A stretch of DNA of 30,554 nucleotides from a virus (Duplodnaviria; Caudoviricetes). Where the stretch lies: positions 1 to 30,554 of IMG/VR virus record IMGVR_UViG_3300030433_001511, one strand, 5' to 3'. Of this stretch, positions 28,157 to 30,554 are shown one piece after another (the first letter of the stretch is position 1; each line of letters opens with the position of its first letter). The notes below the pieces were generated by a model. The model was not told the DNA's origin, made no database searches, and saw only the letters and a program-made list of their open reading frames with translations. A program made the translations under genes and the position numbers.

Positions 28157-28528
28157 TCAGAAGTTGTACTTAACGCCCAACTTACCACCAACTCCCAGTC
28201 CTTCCATGAACTCATCTTCATCGGTGATGAAGGAAAGTTCGCCGTATGCGCTGAGTGCATCGGAGACGGGGATACCTACGCCTGCCTTACCAGAGAAGCG
28301 AGTGGTGTTCTCAACACCATCATTGGCGACGATTGCTGGACCTGCTTGGATGTAGTAGGAAGCAACACCAGCTTCACCTTCATAACCTACATGGATGTCT
28401 GTAGTTGCTCCGGTGTAGTCATCGCCATCCCAACCTGCGTTGGTTTCGACGTTGACGTAGGGACCTGCAAGGGCAGGTGCTGCCATCAGGGGAGCAGCGG
28501 CAGCAAGTGCGATTGCGGATTTGATCAT
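28157..28528 (-). CDS. Small outer-membrane beta-barrel (porin/OMP-like) protein
   Basis: 123 aa; signal peptide ending APALA; alternating beta strands; C-terminal GVKYNF resembling a BamA beta-signal; GAGG Shine-Dalgarno. Confidence 0.75.
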   Translation of the reverse strand: MIKSAIALAAAAPLMAAPALAGPYVNVETNAGWDGDDYTGATTDIHVGYEGEAGVASYYIQAGPAIVANDGVENTTRFSGKAGVGIPVSDALSAYGELSFITDEDEFMEGLGVGGKLGVKYNF

Positions 28529-28681
28529 TGGTTTAATACCTCGTTGTTTTTACTTGTGGAATGGTTACCCACAGATGAAAGAACCTCGACATGGTTCTGT
28601 GTAATTATACCTATTGCCGAAAAAAAGCAAAAGGTCTAATATTTATACTGAGTATAAATTCGGATGATTCGGGTATCCGAA

Positions 28682-28753
28682 AGCGGGAGACGAGATTCGA
28701 ACTCGCAACAACCTGCTTGGAAGGCAGGGACTCTACCGTTGAGTTACTTCCGC
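28682..28753 (-). tRNA. trnG: tRNA-Gly(UCC)
   Basis: GCGGAAG/CTCCCGC stem (one A-C mismatch); CCTGC-CTTCCAA-GCAGG anticodon arm; GTTCGAATC. Confidence 0.92.
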
Positions 28754-28804
28754 AAGTGGTGGGAGAAGGTATCTCCCGACACATCCTTCACACGGACAAG
28801 AGTC

Positions 28805-28833
28805 ATTATAAAGGAAAGATGTTATCTGGTCAA
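28805..28833 (-). promoter_or_regulatory. sigma70-type promoter for the tRNA-Gly transcript
   Basis: TTGACC-N17-TATAAT. Confidence 0.8.
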
Positions 28834-28904
28834 GCCCCCAGTCGGATTTGAACCAACGACCTACGCTTTACAAAAGCGTTGCTCTACCACTGAGCTATAA
28901 GGGC
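28833..28904 (-). tRNA. trnT: tRNA-Thr(UGU)
   Basis: GCCCTTA/TGGGGGC stem; ACGCT-TTTGTAA-AGCGT anticodon arm; GGTTCAAATCC. Confidence 0.95.
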
Positions 28905-28906
28905 AA

Positions 28907-28978
28907 CTCCCCCGGCAGGATTCGAACCTGCGACCAGACGATTAACAGTCGTCGGCTCTACCGCTGAGCTACAGAGGA
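28907..28978 (-). tRNA. trnN: tRNA-Asn(GUU)
   Basis: TCCTCTG/CGGGGGA stem; GACGA-CTGTTAA-TCGTC anticodon arm; GGTTCGAATCC. Confidence 0.95.
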
Positions 28979-29163
28979 TTGCGTTTGGTCTTGAAGTAAA
29001 GACTATAATATCTTTTCTTCATTTTGTCAACAGTGTTCATATCTTCTTCAAATCCCATGTATTTGAGATGTTGATAAACACCTTCCATCTCACCTAAGAG
29101 TAGAAGAAGATTGACACCGGTTACGGGTCTGTCACCAAACCCGTATCCTTCAAAGTTATCCAT
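28969..29163 (-). CDS. Hypothetical protein
   Basis: 64-aa ORF filling the talC-to-tRNA-Asn interval. Confidence 0.6.
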   Translation of the reverse strand: MDNFEGYGFGDRPVTGVNLLLLLGEMEGVYQHLKYMGFEEDMNTVDKMKKRYYSLYFKTKRNPL

Positions 29164-29196
29164 AAGAAGAAATGCCCACCCGTTTTGCGGGAGGGC
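29164..29196 (-). terminator. Putative terminator after talC
   Basis: GCCCTCCCG-CAAAA-CGGGTGGGC followed by ATTTCTTCTT. Confidence 0.55.
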
Positions 29197-29255
29197 GAAA
29201 AATGTTTGGCCAAGTATCGTGAATTATCTGCACCACTTTATATGGTGTCTCTGAA

Positions 29256-29903
29256 CTAATCACCTTTTACTGCTGCCCAATCTTTATCAAAGATTTCGAG
29301 ACCTTTATCTGTAAGGATGTGGTCATACATTTGATCAAAGATTTTGGGTGGCATAGTAACCACCTCTGCACCATTATAATAAGATCTCACAACTCTTTGC
29401 ACACTACGAATAGATGCAGAGAGAACTTGGGTTCTCATACCATGAATACGATACAGTTCAGAAATAGATCTGACTACTTCCAAACCAGCAACAGATTGAT
29501 CATCAAGTCGTCCCACAAAAGGTGAGACATATGTTGCGCCTGCCTTAGCAGCAAGGACTGCTTGTGCCGCAGAAAAGATCAAAGTCACATTAACTTTGAC
29601 TCCCAAATCTGACAACTTTTTACATGCAAGCAAACCTTCACGACTGCATGGAACCTTGACAGTACAAACGTCTTCAAATTTTTGTGAAAGACGAAGACCT
29701 TCATCAAGCATGTCAGCATAACTGCCAACAACTTCCATGCTGATATCCTGAACTCCGATGTCTTTAATTTCTTGATAGACATCTTCAGGATTTCTACCAG
29801 ACCTCATAATAAGAGTGGGATTAGTAGTAACCCCATCAACCAGTCCAGTCTGAAAATACTCACGGATAAGATCGGTATCCGCTGTATCTAGAAAAATTTT
29901 CAT
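29256..29903 (-). CDS. talC: Transaldolase (TalC/FSA family), cyanophage auxiliary metabolic gene
   Basis: MKIFLDTAD, GVTTNPTL, catalytic VKVP, NVTLIFS, YVSPFVGRLDD, SASIR motifs; 215 aa from ATG at 29903. Confidence 0.97.
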   Translation of the reverse strand: MKIFLDTADTDLIREYFQTGLVDGVTTNPTLIMRSGRNPEDVYQEIKDIGVQDISMEVVGSYADMLDEGLRLSQKFEDVCTVKVPCSREGLLACKKLSDLGVKVNVTLIFSAAQAVLAAKAGATYVSPFVGRLDDQSVAGLEVVRSISELYRIHGMRTQVLSASIRSVQRVVRSYYNGAEVVTMPPKIFDQMYDHILTDKGLEIFDKDWAAVKGD

Positions 29904-29919
29904 TGGATATATGAATAAA

Positions 29920-29993
<74 letters not shown>

Positions 29994-30001
29994 ATGAACT
30001 C

Positions 30002-30030
30002 ATTATACTCAGTTGGAGGTATTATGTCAA
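30002..30030 (-). promoter_or_regulatory. Consensus sigma70 promoter for tRNA-Arg/talC
   Basis: TTGACA-N17-TATAAT, exact consensus. Confidence 0.85.
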
Positions 30031-30254
30031 CCTTCGCCTTCTTCTACTACTTCGGTAGGAGCCGCTTCTGCAGGTGCTTCTTCAGTCTCTTCTTCAAGAG
30101 TTACACCAACTTGCTCCAGATATTCGATAATGCCTTGAACCTTCAGACCCAACTCTCTCTTGTTTGTGATTTGGGTATTAAGTTCTTGAATTTCTTTGAG
30201 GATGGTCTCACGCTGCTCAAGGGCAGACTTCAGATGTGTTTGTTGTTCGCTCAT
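30027..30254 (-). CDS. Hypothetical coiled-coil protein with acidic tail
   Basis: Start moved to MSEQQTHL, downstream of the promoter; 75 aa. Confidence 0.7.
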   Translation of the reverse strand: MSEQQTHLKSALEQRETILKEIQELNTQITNKRELGLKVQGIIEYLEQVGVTLEEETEEAPAEAAPTEVVEEGEG

Positions 30255-30290
30255 TGTGGGAATTAAACGCAAGGTATATATACAGTCAAA

Positions 30291-30319
30291 ATTATAGGAC
30301 AATGTGTAAAAACCGTCAA
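30291..30319 (-). promoter_or_regulatory. sigma70-type promoter
   Basis: TTGACG-N17-TATAAT. Confidence 0.75.
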
Positions 30320-30352
30320 GCTAAATAAAGCCAGAGTATAAGAATTAATCCT

Positions 30353-30554
30353 ATGCGAAAAGCATTTGTTGCTTTTAGTATGCTTCTGTTGACCGCTGGC
30401 GCAGCAAATGCTGGCGGATTAGTTACTAGACACCAGTCAAGTCTTCAGCACACTGTAGATCCGACTAGAACCATCACCTCTAGAACTGCAAACAGTTATT
30501 CAATTTCTGGTAGTGGTGTTTCTTTGGATTTAGATGCTGACACCACAGGCAATG
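30353..30554 (+). CDS. Signal-peptide-bearing hypothetical protein, 5' part (runs off the window)
   Basis: MRKAFVAFSMLLLTAGAANA|GGLVTRHQSSLQHTVD...; open to window end; CTAAATA late-like box at 30321. Confidence 0.7.
   Translation, partial: MRKAFVAFSMLLLTAGAANAGGLVTRHQSSLQHTVDPTRTITSRTANSYSISGSGVSLDLDADTTGN

Noticed and set aside
28682-28753. tRNA-Gly as a pseudogene or att site
   Set aside because: Only one acceptor-stem mismatch with all other arms intact; no duplicated 3' end or integrase in the window
28133-28900. Plus-strand ORFs 28133-28639, 28591-28851 and 28664-28900
   Set aside because: Antisense to the OMP-like gene and tRNAs

Overview
AT-rich segment of a T4-like cyanophage genome (Kyanoviridae-type myovirus, probably infecting Synechococcus/Prochlorococcus), almost all on the minus strand. 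Positions 107-27115 hold 24 co-oriented tail-fibre/receptor-binding, adaptor and fibre-chaperone genes built from shared modules, many preceded by a T4 late-promoter-like (T)ATAAATA box. Positions 27146-30254 hold six tRNA genes (Ser-UGA, Val-UAC, Gly-UCC, Thr-UGU, Asn-GUU, Arg-UCU), talC, a small outer-membrane beta-barrel-like gene, small hypothetical ORFs and several sigma70-type promoters. A plus-strand signal-peptide gene starts at 30353. Main observations: (1) about 30 in-frame copies of a DNA-conserved junction motif GAAAGACTTCGTATA (ERLRI) separating divergent fibre modules; (2) recurring C-terminal 'AGP...W.IV' and N-terminal 'MS.LRV..I' motifs suggesting plug-and-socket fibre assembly; (3) an identical 27-bp promoter-to-ATG cassette; (4) three ORFs whose stop codon is nt 8-10 of a tRNA; (5) a tRNA-Gly leader partly complementary to the cyanobacterial Yfr1 sRNA motif. 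Family names come from motif recognition by eye, not from database searches.
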